Assembly: GCA_964399485.1 (NCBI GenBank)
Contig: CAYNQS010000007.1
Location: 12,662 to 76,661, forward strand
Direction: 5' to 3'
DNA from: an uncultured Candidatus Bathyarchaeia archaeon
Lineage (GTDB): Archaea; Thermoproteota; Bathyarchaeia; Bathyarchaeales; Bathyarchaeaceae
DNA: 64,000 nt
This document shows positions 9,669-19,909 of the stretch, one piece after another (within the stretch, counting starts at the first letter, position 1; each line of letters opens with the position of its first letter). A model generated the notes under the pieces. That model did no database searches. It had not been told where the DNA came from and worked only from the letters and a program-made list of their open reading frames with translations. Made by a program: the position numbers and the translations under genes.

Positions 9669-10106
9669 TCACCATTGCCTTTTGTATAACCCTTTGATTG
9701 CAGCTTTTTGGATGCTGTGTTTTTCGACCTTGTCTAAGAAGTTGCGTTTGTTGATGCCCTCTAGGTGTTCACTGTCGAGGGCATAGAGCGTAAAGAAGTA
9801 TCTATGAGTTCCTGAAGGCGGACAAGGTCCACCGTAAGGTCTTTTGCCGAAGTCGTTCTCCACCTCTTTGGCTCCCTCAGGTAAACCTCCCCGCTCAATT
9901 TCTCTTAATTTCTTAGAGATGTCGTATACAAGCCAGTGAATCCACGTTCTTCCCGGACAATCCGGATCCGTGACGGCTAATGCAAAACTTTTTGTTTCAT
10001 CATGAACGTCTTCCCACGAAAGCTGCGGAGAAATATCTCTTCCGTCGCAGGTAAATTCAGCGGGGATGCTGCCGTTATCTACAAAATCTTTGCTCTTCAA
10101 TTTCAC
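9669..10106 (-). CDS. PEBP / YbhB-YbcL family protein
   Basis: ..SPQLSWEDV..DPDCP..WIHWLVYDI..GPCPPSGTHRYFFTLYALD. Confidence 0.85.
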   Translation of the reverse strand: MKLKSKDFVDNGSIPAEFTCDGRDISPQLSWEDVHDETKSFALAVTDPDCPGRTWIHWLVYDISKKLREIERGGLPEGAKEVENDFGKRPYGGPCPPSGTHRYFFTLYALDSEHLEGINKRNFLDKVEKHSIQKAAIKGLYKRQW

Positions 10107-10249
10107 CTAAAATCCCCTAAATTTACTTCGGTGGCGTCTCATAAAAAAGTTGTTGGAGCAAACAATCTTCAAATCTTCAGGACTGTAACAAATTATATCT
10201 AGGCAAACCGCTTTAGTATTAACCAATAAGTGTTAGGGGATAGATTTTG

Positions 10250-10504
10250 ATGGAAGAGCTTCGAGAAGTTGGAAAAGTGTCACATTTCTTCACCAAGATT
10301 AATGTGGCAGTTATAGAGGTAAAGGACACTATCTCAGTTGGGGATCAGATTTTCATCAAGGGACCTACCACAGACATTGAACAGACTGTAGATTCGATGG
10401 AGATAGAACACGAGAAGGTTAAGCAGGCAACAGCGGGTCATAGCGTCGGAATGAAAGTGAAAGGTCGGGTAAGAGAGAACGACATCGTCTACAAGACAGA
10501 GTGA
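10250..10504 (+). CDS. Small beta-barrel protein resembling EF-Tu domain II
   Basis: 84 aa: VGKVSHFFTKINVAVIEVKDTISVGDQIFIKG..GHSVGMKVKGRVRENDIVYK. ATG 10250. Confidence 0.55.
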   Translation: MEELREVGKVSHFFTKINVAVIEVKDTISVGDQIFIKGPTTDIEQTVDSMEIEHEKVKQATAGHSVGMKVKGRVRENDIVYKTE

Positions 10505-10574
10505 ACTCCACCGATCTTCTGACTTCAATACATATCTTCGTAGTCATCTCAGTTGATTAAAGGAGGGTGATCTT

Positions 10575-11135
10575 ATGCTAGAGACCATGCCTGACACAAG
10601 CCTCCAGAACCTCATCAAATTCTTGGAAATAGCAGGAATTTTGAAACAGACAGAAAGAACAGGATGGGTCGAAGTTGGAGTGTATCAACCTGAATCCGTT
10701 GCAGACCACACCTTCAGAACAGCATTCCTCTGCATGCTATACGCCGACATGGAAACCTTAGATCCATTAAAGCTGGTGAGAATGGCATTGATTCACGACC
10801 TCCCCGAAGCCGTAATCGGGGACTTGACCCCCCCACAGAAGACAGAGGAAACCAAAGAGAGGGAGGAAACCGCAATAAGCCAGATTTTAAGTCTTCTGCC
10901 CGAGAAGCAGAGGGAAAACTACTTAGCAGTTTGGAGTGAATACCAAGAGGGAAAGACGAGAGAAGCTAAAGTCGTGCGGCAGCTTGAGAAGATTGAGATG
11001 GCTCTGCAAGCCAAGGAATACGAAAAAATGGGGACAGCAAGCCAAAGTTTGGAGCGCTTCATCAAGTCCGCAAAAGAGGCTACCGCTTGGCCTGAGTTGA
11101 AACGATTACTTTCTTGCGTTTTGGAGGAAAGGTAA
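10575..11135 (+). CDS. HD-domain phosphohydrolase (YfbR-like 5'-nucleotidase family)
   Basis: ESVADHTFR..LIHDLPEAVIGDLTP.. motifs. Confidence 0.85.
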   Translation: MLETMPDTSLQNLIKFLEIAGILKQTERTGWVEVGVYQPESVADHTFRTAFLCMLYADMETLDPLKLVRMALIHDLPEAVIGDLTPPQKTEETKEREETAISQILSLLPEKQRENYLAVWSEYQEGKTREAKVVRQLEKIEMALQAKEYEKMGTASQSLERFIKSAKEATAWPELKRLLSCVLEER

Positions 11136-11136
11136 C

Positions 11137-11394
11137 ATGGGTTTCAGGGAAAGGTGGACAAAAGAGTTTGCCAAGATGCTGACAGAGGAGGAAAGAAAAG
11201 CTTTCAGTTTATGGCTTGACTTCTCTCAGGGAAAAATCTCAGAATCCGAATTCCACTCCAAGATGAACCTTAAGATCATGCCCAAGATGCTCGGTAAGAT
11301 GAGCGCGGCAAGAATGAATGCCCTAGAGGACGAGGTTGAGCGCCTGAGAAAAAGAGTGGCAAGTTTAGAAGATAGATTAAACAAAAAGTCTTGA
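11137..11394 (+). CDS. Small coiled-coil protein, unknown function
   Basis: 85-aa ORF that starts 1 nt after the HD gene stop. Confidence 0.45.
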   Translation: MGFRERWTKEFAKMLTEEERKAFSLWLDFSQGKISESEFHSKMNLKIMPKMLGKMSAARMNALEDEVERLRKRVASLEDRLNKKS

Positions 11395-11412
11395 AGCAAT
11401 CCACTTACAAAA

Positions 11413-11958
11413 TCATTTGCGAGTAGACTTGCGAAGCTTTCTGTTACTACCATGCAACCTGCGGGAATGTTGCTGCCGTTTGGACTGCCGTTTTTCTCTT
11501 CTTAGGAAGTCGCCTATGTCCAATATGCTCTTTACAACAACCTTGTTCGCATCAGCCTCTCCACGAAGATTACAGGTTGTTTTGCCAAATCCCAGACATT
11601 CATTGCGTTCGTTCAGAATCAGCGTATAGTCGCCTTTTTTCAGGTTGCTTCCCTTGAGTATGCCCTTTCTGAATATGTCTCTTCCACAGATGAAAAGCCA
11701 AGCCGTCTTCTTGTCAACCACCAGCTTGTTCGCTTTGGTCTCTGCGATCATTGATAACAATAGAAAGCTTGGAAAGAGACTTGCGCCCTTCACTGCTCCA
11801 AGATAGACTCCAGCATAGAAGAAGCCTTTTGGAAACTGATGCTTCAGTTTTTCAGACAAAAGGTAATACCTGTTTTTGTTCCTGACAATACGGCTCGTGT
11901 CAAAGGGAATGCTTGCGTTAAATTGCGCCACAAAATCTCTAATTTCCTTCATTGTCAT
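11413..11958 (-). CDS. NIP7-like pre-PUA/PUA domain RNA-binding protein
   Basis: MTMKEIRDFVAQFN..GVYLG..LILNERNECLGFGKT..VVVKSILDIGDFLRRE. Its ATG overlaps the stop of the upstream m5C methyltransferase (ATGA). Confidence 0.7.
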   Translation of the reverse strand: MTMKEIRDFVAQFNASIPFDTSRIVRNKNRYYLLSEKLKHQFPKGFFYAGVYLGAVKGASLFPSFLLLSMIAETKANKLVVDKKTAWLFICGRDIFRKGILKGSNLKKGDYTLILNERNECLGFGKTTCNLRGEADANKVVVKSILDIGDFLRREKRQSKRQQHSRRLHGSNRKLRKSTRK

Positions 11959-12839
11959 CACGCTTGCCTTCTGAGTTTGCAGACAAAGAAACCTTGAGTT
12001 TGTCCAGGCCAGATTCTTCTGCACTTTTCTATGGAGCGGTCAAGTTCTCTGCCGAAAACGTTTGTTAATCCCTTTTCTCCGTGACAGTTGATTGTTTCAA
12101 CTTCAACATTCAAATTGGCTATCGCCCAGTCAATGTTCAACTCGTTCTCTTCCGGCTCCAGCGAACAGGTAGCATAAACTAGCTCTCCGTCATCTTTTGT
12201 GATTTCAACTGCCTCAGCTAAGATTTGCCTCTGCCGTCCAGCGTTCCTCTCCACATCTTTAAGGCTTCTTTTGTTGAACCAACCCTTATCGGTTACAGAG
12301 TTGCCTGAACAGGGGACATCCAGAAGAACACAATCAAACTTCATGTTCAACTTTGAGGCTTCTCTCGCATCTACATTGTAAACTGCCGTGTTTGTCACGC
12401 GGCTGCGTTCCAGTTGGTTTGCCAGCGTAAACATTTTTCGCTTTTTAAGTTCAAGCGCCACGATTACGCCGCTGTTTTTCATGATGTCCGCTAACTGAAC
12501 AGTTTTTCCGCCCGGAGATGCACAGGCATCCAGAACCGTTTTGTCTTCCAGTTCAGTGAATAATGTGGCTGGGATTTGGGCGGCTGCCTCCTGAATCGAG
12601 TATAAGCCCAGAAGGTATTCTGCTGTTGCGCCAACAGAAAACTTGCTTCTGCGTATCCAGTAGCCGTCTTCGAGAAACGGAATCTTCTCCAGAGCAATCC
12701 CCAAAGATTGCAGTCGGCTTACAACATCATCTCTGCCTGCGTTCATGGTGTTTATTCTGATTGCCTGCTTGGGATTGACCTGCTTGTAGGTCCACCCTAG
12801 TTTCTGGTATCGATTAACGAAAAATGGTTTGCCGGACAT
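11958..12839 (-). CDS. NOL1/NOP2/Sun-family RNA (cytosine-C5) methyltransferase
   Basis: VLDACASPGGKT, LLDVPCSGNS and ATCSLEPEENE motifs. Confidence 0.85.
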   Translation of the reverse strand: MSGKPFFVNRYQKLGWTYKQVNPKQAIRINTMNAGRDDVVSRLQSLGIALEKIPFLEDGYWIRRSKFSVGATAEYLLGLYSIQEAAAQIPATLFTELEDKTVLDACASPGGKTVQLADIMKNSGVIVALELKKRKMFTLANQLERSRVTNTAVYNVDAREASKLNMKFDCVLLDVPCSGNSVTDKGWFNKRSLKDVERNAGRQRQILAEAVEITKDDGELVYATCSLEPEENELNIDWAIANLNVEVETINCHGEKGLTNVFGRELDRSIEKCRRIWPGQTQGFFVCKLRRQA

Positions 12840-13004
12840 CAAAGGAATAGAACACGGCTGCGCTAATAAAACTTGGTGCCTTGATGCAGCGCAAAAAATG
12901 GTGTGGCAAACCCTGTTTCTGTAACTAACATTTGTCGGCTCATATGTGCTTCAAGGCAAAAAATAAGTTCTGACAGCCCAATTTAATTGTGGAGTGTTTA
13001 GGCG

Positions 13005-13583
13005 ATGTATAAACTCAAGAGAAACGACGCGCTTATAGTTGTGGACATACAAAACTGTTTTTGCCCGGGCGGTGAACTCCCAGTTAAGGAAGGCGACAAA
13101 GTTATTCCCATAATAAACAAATACATCCACAAGTTCCAGAAAGCTGGAGCAAAAATTTATGCAACAAGAGACTGGCATCCTCCTGACCACAAATCTTTCA
13201 AAGAATACGGCGGAATATGGCCACCTCATTGCCTGAAAGGAAGCAAAGGAGCAGAATTTCGTTCCGACTTGAAGCTTCCCGAAGGAACTACCGTAATTTC
13301 GACAGGAGACAAGCCTTCTGTGGAGGGATACTCCGGCTTTGATCACACCAACCTGGAACGTAAACTGAAAGAGGATGGGGTTGACAGGCTTTTCGTTGGT
13401 GGGCTGGCAACGGATTATTGCGTGAAATACACTGTTCTGGATGCTGTGGAGAAAAATTTTGAAACCATATTGTTGACTGATGCTGTCAAGGGGGTAAACA
13501 GGAAGCCTGGCGATGCAGAAAGGGCTATCGGCGAGATGGTGAAGAAGGGAGCCAAAAAGGCAACACTGTCTGAGATTGCGTAG
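13005..13583 (+). CDS. pncA: Nicotinamidase/pyrazinamidase (isochorismatase family)
   Basis: ALIVVDIQNCFCPGG..ATRDWHPPDH..GLATDYCV. Confidence 0.85.
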   Translation: MYKLKRNDALIVVDIQNCFCPGGELPVKEGDKVIPIINKYIHKFQKAGAKIYATRDWHPPDHKSFKEYGGIWPPHCLKGSKGAEFRSDLKLPEGTTVISTGDKPSVEGYSGFDHTNLERKLKEDGVDRLFVGGLATDYCVKYTVLDAVEKNFETILLTDAVKGVNRKPGDAERAIGEMVKKGAKKATLSEIA

Positions 13584-13714
13584 GTTCTCCCAATTCAACA
13601 TTTGTCTTGTTTAGATGCACAAAAGTATTGTTTAATCCGATTTTGGTGTAGTGTAACTATTTATATCCCCAGCCGTGATTAAAAGACAAACAGAGAGGAG
13701 GATGAATTGGAGAA

Positions 13715-14140
13715 ATGAGCAGCAACTGCATATTCTGCAAAATAGCCAAAGGCGACATCAAACCTCACAAAGTCTTTGAGGACGAAAAAACATTAGCCTT
13801 TCTGGACGCTAACCCCTTAGCAAAAGGGCACACCCTAGTTATCCCCAAAATTCATGTTTCCAAGTTGGAAAAACTTGACGCGAACACAGCTGAAGCATTT
13901 TTCCGCACCATCCATAAACTGGTTGCCCCGATTCAGAAGGCTGTTGGTGCGCCAGCTACCACCATAGCCATTAACAACGGAAAAGAAAGCGAACAGGAGA
14001 TACCTCACGTTCATGCGCACATTGTTCCCAGATTTAAAGGCGACAAAGTAGGCTCCATACACTCGATGATGGGGCATAGACCAAGAATCAGCCAAGAGGA
14101 GATGCAGAAGATCGCTGAAAGCATTCGAGCTCTCGCTTAA
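13715..14140 (+). CDS. HIT-family nucleotide hydrolase/transferase
   Basis: CIFCKI..GHTLVIPK..HVHAHIVPR histidine triad. Confidence 0.9.
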   Translation: MSSNCIFCKIAKGDIKPHKVFEDEKTLAFLDANPLAKGHTLVIPKIHVSKLEKLDANTAEAFFRTIHKLVAPIQKAVGAPATTIAINNGKESEQEIPHVHAHIVPRFKGDKVGSIHSMMGHRPRISQEEMQKIAESIRALA

Positions 14141-14167
14141 TCATTCTTTTAACTTTTGCTTCACAGA

Positions 14168-14905
14168 CTACTCTCTTCTTCTTTTGGTTCTGCTGCCGGC
14201 ACTTCTCGCCGCGATTAAACCAACTTTTTTGCCTGGAGGAGCATTCCGCGACACCGTTGTAACCTTACGTCCACCCTTCTTGCTGCTACCGTAAGGATGA
14301 CAAGCGGCTATCATGGCTCTGCCCCGGGTGCGAGGATACATGTGCCCCTTAGCCTTCATAAGATGAAACTTGCTTCCGGCCTTGAGGAAAGGCTTCTCGG
14401 TACGCCCCGCTCCTGCAATTAAGCCAATTGTTGCTCGGCAAAGATCATTCACGTACTTGGTTCTTTTGGAGGGAAGCTTCAAGATTGTTCCGTCAGGCGT
14501 GTGCGCTACGACGGTTGCGTAGGCTCCTGAGGATCGCACCATTTTGCCTCCGTCTCCGGGAGAAAGCTCAATGTTGCAGACCATGGTGCCTTCGGGAATC
14601 TTGCCCAAAGGAAGAACGTTTCCTATCTCCACAGAAGCTTCGCTGCCGATTTGGGTAGGCTGCCCCTCACAGACGCCTTCTGGAACCACCGAGTAATAGG
14701 TTTCGCCGGTCTCAAGCCTAACGGCGACCATAGGCGCTCCTCTTCCGGGATCGTGGACTATGCCCTTGACTTGACCGTGGATGACTCCTTCCTGTTGTTT
14801 GGAGGACATTGGAGGATACTGAGCCGGGGCTACCCTCTTGTGGGTTGATGCCCTGAACGTTGGGGTTCCTCTTCCGCGTCTTTGAACTCGAATACGTTTA
14901 CCCAA
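14168..14905 (-). CDS. rpl2: 50S ribosomal protein uL2
   Basis: (M)GKRIRVQRRGRGTPTFRA..; 245 aa with a basic C-terminus; TTG start. Confidence 0.95.
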   Translation of the reverse strand: MGKRIRVQRRGRGTPTFRASTHKRVAPAQYPPMSSKQQEGVIHGQVKGIVHDPGRGAPMVAVRLETGETYYSVVPEGVCEGQPTQIGSEASVEIGNVLPLGKIPEGTMVCNIELSPGDGGKMVRSSGAYATVVAHTPDGTILKLPSKRTKYVNDLCRATIGLIAGAGRTEKPFLKAGSKFHLMKAKGHMYPRTRGRAMIAACHPYGSSKKGGRKVTTVSRNAPPGKKVGLIAARSAGSRTKRRRE

Positions 14906-14966
14906 ATTGCTGCACTTTCCTTTGGAACATTCAGATTCTACAGATGGAACCCTTTTTTAAATACTT

Positions 14967-15689
14967 TTAGTTTTCCTTTTCCGCTGTGTACCTTCGCGTT
15001 ACAAGCCAGTATACCACACAAATCACAGCTATTATTCCAACCACTCCCAGCAGAACATAATTGAATTGAGAAACCATGCTCTGAAGTTCGGTAGGTATCT
15101 CTCCAGTCAGTCTGTAGTGGTCTAGGAGCTCTTGGAATGTTACTCCAAAAAAGCTGCCCAAAGAGGTGTAGAAGAATGCTCGAGGCAACGTGCCTATTAT
15201 TGTGGGAATCATGAAATTCTTCATTTTCATCGTAGTTAAACCTGCACTGTATGATATTGCGTCAAAGGGTATGAAGGGCGCAAATCTTCCCAGCAGAACA
15301 GCCCAAGCTCCCCACCGGTCAAACCAGTTATCCGCGAACCTGATTCCATTTTCGCCAACCAACCGTATGGCAAGTGATCTTCCGCCCTTTCGGGAGATGT
15401 AGAAGCCTAACACGGCAGCAACTATTGATCCTAACGCGCCAACAAGCCATCCGAACGGGAATCCGAAGGCTAATCCTCCAGCAATCAGAACAAGCTCAGA
15501 GGGGACGGGGATTGCTATGGCCTGTATGATCATCGCGCCAAACAGGAAGGAGAGTCCTCCAGCTTGGAAAGACCCTATCACCCAGATTAGAATATCATAT
15601 ACAAGTTCTGGATAGAGGAGAAGAGTCAAAGAAGTTACAATAGCCAACAGAAACACTATAGCAGGAAAAACTTTGGAGGAACGCGGCAT
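14967..15689 (-). CDS. DedA / SNARE-associated (TVP38/TMEM64-like) membrane protein
   Basis: ..FIPFDAISYSAGLT..GTLPRAFFYT.. pattern. ATG 15689 lies 26 nt after the uL23 stop. Confidence 0.8.
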   Translation of the reverse strand: MPRSSKVFPAIVFLLAIVTSLTLLLYPELVYDILIWVIGSFQAGGLSFLFGAMIIQAIAIPVPSELVLIAGGLAFGFPFGWLVGALGSIVAAVLGFYISRKGGRSLAIRLVGENGIRFADNWFDRWGAWAVLLGRFAPFIPFDAISYSAGLTTMKMKNFMIPTIIGTLPRAFFYTSLGSFFGVTFQELLDHYRLTGEIPTELQSMVSQFNYVLLGVVGIIAVICVVYWLVTRRYTAEKEN

Positions 15690-15714
15690 TTTGAAAACCA
15701 AAAACTCCTCTGTT

Positions 15715-15975
15715 TTAGATGATGCCCAGTTTGATGGCAACGTCAACTGCTTTGTAGTCTGGGTGAAGTTTCACAAAAGCTTTCTTTTCGCCTTCAGGAG
15801 TTATGGTGGAGTTGACCTTATCCACAACCACGTCATAAAGCTCCTCCACCGCCATCTTGATGTCCCGCTTCGTGGCTTTTTTGTTGACGACAAAAACGAG
15901 TTTGTTTTCCGCCTCAAGTATGCGGCTTGTAACCTCGGTCATTACCGGATATCGGATAGTTTTGTACGGATCCAA
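15715..15975 (-). CDS. rpl23: 50S ribosomal protein uL23
   Basis: (M)DPYKTIRYPVMTE..LVFVVNKKATKRDIK... TTG start at 15975, 1 nt after the uL4 stop. Confidence 0.9.
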   Translation of the reverse strand: MDPYKTIRYPVMTEVTSRILEAENKLVFVVNKKATKRDIKMAVEELYDVVVDKVNSTITPEGEKKAFVKLHPDYKAVDVAIKLGII

Positions 15976-15976
15976 C

Positions 15977-16759
15977 CTATCTTCCTCCAAAAACCGTCTC
16001 CAATTTCTCAAAAGCTGAAGTCGTCCAAACAGTCAGTCTCCCCGGATGGGTTCCGGGCGCCAACAGTTCAGCGTTCAAGTTCTCAACTGAAGCAACCTCC
16101 ATTCCGGGAAGGTTTCGGGCTGCCTCAGCTACTCCCTCGTTTTTGGTTATGACCAGCAGAGGACCAACCGCCTGTTTCATCTTTCGCCCCCGCATCTTTC
16201 CTTTGCCAGCTCTAACCTTCCGGCTTTCTTTGACCCGAAAGATGTCTGGCCAAACTCCAAGGTTGACGAGGGCTTCCTCAATGTCCTTGGTTCTTTTTAC
16301 GCCTTGGATCTCATCCACAACAACCAGCGGAAAATCGGGAACATCCTCCACCATGTGACCTCTAGATGCCACAATCTCTTTGGAACCTGTTGCCGCGATT
16401 GCTGAACGCAAAGCTAAACGCATCTCCTTTTTCGGAATCTTCTTTCTGATTTTCTTTTCAGCCACAGGAGGATGAGCTGATCTGCCCCCCACAGTGCCTG
16501 GGGCGAATGCGGCTCGTTGTCCCCTTTCCTTCATTCGTGGCACACGTGCTATTCCTTGACCTGCATGTCGGGACTCTGCTGTTGTTCGTTTTCCAGCCAT
16601 GGGGTCTCTGCCTTGCGGTTGAAACCTGTTAGACTGGATGGCTACTACAGCCCGCTTTATCACGTCTGGTCTGCTGGGTGTATGGAAGATTTGAGGAAGA
16701 TTAACTGTGGTTACTTTTTCGCCTTTCAGATCAAAAACTTTAGCTGAAATCTTACCCAT
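15977..16759 (-). CDS. rpl4: 50S ribosomal protein uL4
   Basis: 260 aa; ..RFQPQGRDPMAGKRTTAES..GQGIARVPR.. pattern. Confidence 0.95.
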   Translation of the reverse strand: MGKISAKVFDLKGEKVTTVNLPQIFHTPSRPDVIKRAVVAIQSNRFQPQGRDPMAGKRTTAESRHAGQGIARVPRMKERGQRAAFAPGTVGGRSAHPPVAEKKIRKKIPKKEMRLALRSAIAATGSKEIVASRGHMVEDVPDFPLVVVDEIQGVKRTKDIEEALVNLGVWPDIFRVKESRKVRAGKGKMRGRKMKQAVGPLLVITKNEGVAEAARNLPGMEVASVENLNAELLAPGTHPGRLTVWTTSAFEKLETVFGGR

Positions 16760-16772
16760 AATTTATCACCAT

Positions 16773-17780
16773 CTATTTTTGCATGGACTCCAAGGAGGTG
16801 TAAGTGATGTTTGGCGGTGTTTCAGCTATCTTTTTTGGAGGACGGGCTGGATGCCGCAGCCGCACCAGACGTTTGGCGGGACCCGGAAGGCTTCCGTCCA
16901 CGAGGAGATATGTTCCTTTTACCTCTCCATATTTCAGGAATCCGCCCTTTGGAGTAACTGTTTTTCCGTCGACGCCGATTTTTAGGATGCGCTTATTATA
17001 TTCTGTTCTTTGGTGGTAGCCCATCTGCCCAGCTCTGGGAACAGTGTATAGAACCCTTGGCGGTTTCCACGGTCCGATTGCGGCTACTCCCCGCTTGGTC
17101 TTTCTGGACTTGCGAGGCAAGATTTTGATTCCCCACCGTTTCACTGGACCTTGAAAGCCTTTTCCTTTGGTTATCGCTACCACATCCATGAAGTGACCTT
17201 CCTTGAAAACGTCTGTAATGGAGACAGTTTTTCCTAGCAGGCTTTTTGCGTACTCAAATTGTTCTTGGATTGAGCCTCCATCCACCTTGATTTCTGTAAT
17301 GTCTGGCTTTTTCTTCGGAACCGCTGCGAGCCTCGGCTGTGTTGCAGCCAGTATGCGTATCTCCGCTATTTCCTCTATGTTCTCTTCAATCTTCTTCAAC
17401 TTCTCTTCAGTATCGAACTCTTCAGGTAAAACAAGGGCGCGGTCAAAATCTTTTGGTGGACTCTTCATCCAAGCTTCAGTAAACGTATGTAAACCATACT
17501 CGTCTTTTGTGTAGGCGCGAATGGCGAAAACGATTATTGGGGGAACATCCAATACTGTCGCTGGATGCGATGCCTCTTTGCCAAAGTTTAGGGAGTTTGG
17601 CTTGTCCTCCACCATGATGATGTGAGTCATTCCTGCTTTGTAGCCCATGAATCCGAGCAGGGTTGGTCCCTCTTCAACTTTGGGCCAGAAACGGATTCTT
17701 CCCACCGTTCGTTTGGCGCGTCCTCTAGGTAAATATGCTAATGAACCATGTTTAGGAGCATGCTTTTTTCTGTGACCCAT
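16773..17780 (-). CDS. rpl3: 50S ribosomal protein uL3
   Basis: MGHRKKHAPKHGSLAYLPR..FMGYKAGMTH..GKGFQGPVKRWG. Confidence 0.95.
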   Translation of the reverse strand: MGHRKKHAPKHGSLAYLPRGRAKRTVGRIRFWPKVEEGPTLLGFMGYKAGMTHIIMVEDKPNSLNFGKEASHPATVLDVPPIIVFAIRAYTKDEYGLHTFTEAWMKSPPKDFDRALVLPEEFDTEEKLKKIEENIEEIAEIRILAATQPRLAAVPKKKPDITEIKVDGGSIQEQFEYAKSLLGKTVSITDVFKEGHFMDVVAITKGKGFQGPVKRWGIKILPRKSRKTKRGVAAIGPWKPPRVLYTVPRAGQMGYHQRTEYNKRILKIGVDGKTVTPKGGFLKYGEVKGTYLLVDGSLPGPAKRLVRLRHPARPPKKIAETPPNITYTSLESMQK

Positions 17781-17977
17781 GCTTGGTGTCCTTCTGTTGC
17801 GTTATTCCCAGTTCGTCTTTTCCAATAAGAATGTCAAGTTATAAATATTGCTCTACGGCAAATTAAATCTCCCATAGAGGGCACTTAAAGTTTTAAGTTA
17901 GTATCTGAGGCGAACCATCTCTAGGGTTGCACAACTCGAAACAACAACGAAAACATCTGATGTTTCTGGGCGTATTT

Positions 17978-19909
17978 TTAGATTGCGAGTAGCCTGAATG
18001 CTATGCCGCCTACAAGCAGAGCGAATAAGATTTCGAGAACAGTGATTAACAGTGCTTTTTTCCATCCGAACTCTTTAACCAATGCACCTATAGTAGCTAC
18101 GCATGGGATGTACAGCATAACCACCAAGGTGAATACTATCATCTGAGCTGGAGTCATAACCTGAGCAAAGTTTGTGGTTCCAAAGAGCGTCGCAAGCATA
18201 ATCAGCGTTAACTCCTTTCTCAGCACACCGAAAAGCAGCGCTATCCCCGTGACTGCTGGCAATCCCAGCCAAGCAACAGTCACAGGACTAAGTATGCTCT
18301 CGATTGGCGCTAGTAAGTTTGCAACCTCTACAAGTTTGATTACGAAGCTGCCTGCGATTATGAGGGGAAACGCCATCACTATGAATTCTCGCAGCCTGAA
18401 CCATGTTTGCTTAGCAACTGTTGGTAGGTGTGGTATTCTGTAGTCGCTCATTTCCATTATCAGTTCGGTTGGCTCACCGGGCAATGCTTTGAACGCTATT
18501 CTTCCAAGAAGAAAGATGATGATCAGGTTGAAGATGTACAGAGCCAACGCCCACTCTATGCCTACGTGGGTTCCGACCAGTCCAAGGATGATGACTGATG
18601 TTGCGGCGCAGGGGACAAGAGTGACAACGAAGGCGGTTAGCAGTCTTTCTCTTGTGGTTTCCATTATTCTGCATCCTAGGCACCCTGGAACGTTGCAGCC
18701 GAAGCTGAGCATGACCGGAATGAAGGCTTTTCCATGTAAACCCATTTTATGCATTATGTTATCCATCAGAAAGGCGATTCGGCTTAGGTATCCTGAATCT
18801 TCGAACAGATACAAGATGAAGTAGAACGGAAGAATGTATGGCAGCGCCACTGTGATGCCGCCGATAATTCCCTCCATGACCCCTCCCCAAATCAGTTCTC
18901 CAATGATTCCTGTCCCTAGAACAGTATCGAAAGCTGGCTTCAAACCAAAAAACCCGTCACCTAAAAGAGCAGATGTGAAGTCTCCGAAACTGAATATGAC
19001 AACAAAAACTGCGAGAACCGTCGCTAACATAATTGGGAAACCAAGAATTCTGTGTGTTGTCACTCTGTGCAATGTTTCTCTCAGAGGAGTCTTCAAGGGC
19101 TCCGTTATCTTTTGAATTTCACCTGAAACCTTGCTTGCAACTTGGTATCTCTCAGAAGTGACAACAGTTGGACAGGAATGACCACGAAGTTCCTCAAGTT
19201 CTCCCCTAAACCTTTCCGCAGTTGCCACAATCTCGGGGCTTACTCCAAGAACATCTTTCTCAACCTCCTCATCTTCCTCCAGAAGTTTTATTGCAACCCA
19301 TCTAGCCGGGTACCTCAACTGAATTTTGCTGAGAAGTATGATTAGGTCTTCAATTCTTTCCTCAATTTGTTTTCCGTATCGTGGCTTCAGAGGCTCCATT
19401 TTCGTTTTCTTCTCGATAACTTCGACGGCTGTTTCCAGCATACTGTAGATGCCCTTTCCACTCACCGCAACTGTTGGAACAACTGGCACCCCTAGAATCT
19501 TCTCTGCCTTCTCATAATCAACTATGATTCCCTTTTTCTTAGCCATGTCTACTTGGTTTACGGCTATGAGCAGAGGAGTTTCCAGTTCAAGAAGCTGCAG
19601 CGTGAAGAACAGGTTTCTTTCGAGAAGGGAAGCGTCTACAACGTTTATCACCAAATCAGGCTTTTCGGTGGCGATGTACTCCCTTGAGATCAGCTCCTCT
19701 ATGGAGAATGTGGACAAAGAATAGATTCCGGGCAGATCGATGATGTCTATGGTGTAACCCTTGAAGTGTAGGGTTCCCTCGGCTTTTTCAACTGTTTTCC
19801 CTGGCCAGTTTCCAATATGCTGATGTAAGCCTGTCAACTGATTGAATATAACAGATTTTCCTACGTTAGCGTTTCCTGCCAACGCAATTCTAAAATGCTT
19901 GTTGCTCAT
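17978..19909 (-). CDS. feoB: Ferrous iron transporter FeoB
   Basis: GNANVGKSVIFNQLTG G-domain followed by a polytopic permease; 643 aa. Confidence 0.95.
   Translation of the reverse strand: MSNKHFRIALAGNANVGKSVIFNQLTGLHQHIGNWPGKTVEKAEGTLHFKGYTIDIIDLPGIYSLSTFSIEELISREYIATEKPDLVINVVDASLLERNLFFTLQLLELETPLLIAVNQVDMAKKKGIIVDYEKAEKILGVPVVPTVAVSGKGIYSMLETAVEVIEKKTKMEPLKPRYGKQIEERIEDLIILLSKIQLRYPARWVAIKLLEEDEEVEKDVLGVSPEIVATAERFRGELEELRGHSCPTVVTSERYQVASKVSGEIQKITEPLKTPLRETLHRVTTHRILGFPIMLATVLAVFVVIFSFGDFTSALLGDGFFGLKPAFDTVLGTGIIGELIWGGVMEGIIGGITVALPYILPFYFILYLFEDSGYLSRIAFLMDNIMHKMGLHGKAFIPVMLSFGCNVPGCLGCRIMETTRERLLTAFVVTLVPCAATSVIILGLVGTHVGIEWALALYIFNLIIIFLLGRIAFKALPGEPTELIMEMSDYRIPHLPTVAKQTWFRLREFIVMAFPLIIAGSFVIKLVEVANLLAPIESILSPVTVAWLGLPAVTGIALLFGVLRKELTLIMLATLFGTTNFAQVMTPAQMIVFTLVVMLYIPCVATIGALVKEFGWKKALLITVLEILFALLVGGIAFRLLAI

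Noticed and set aside
12951-13601. 216-aa minus-strand ORF
   Set aside because: It is antisense to the clear pncA nicotinamidase gene (13005-13583), and its translation is Cys/Phe/Leu-rich and nonsensical.
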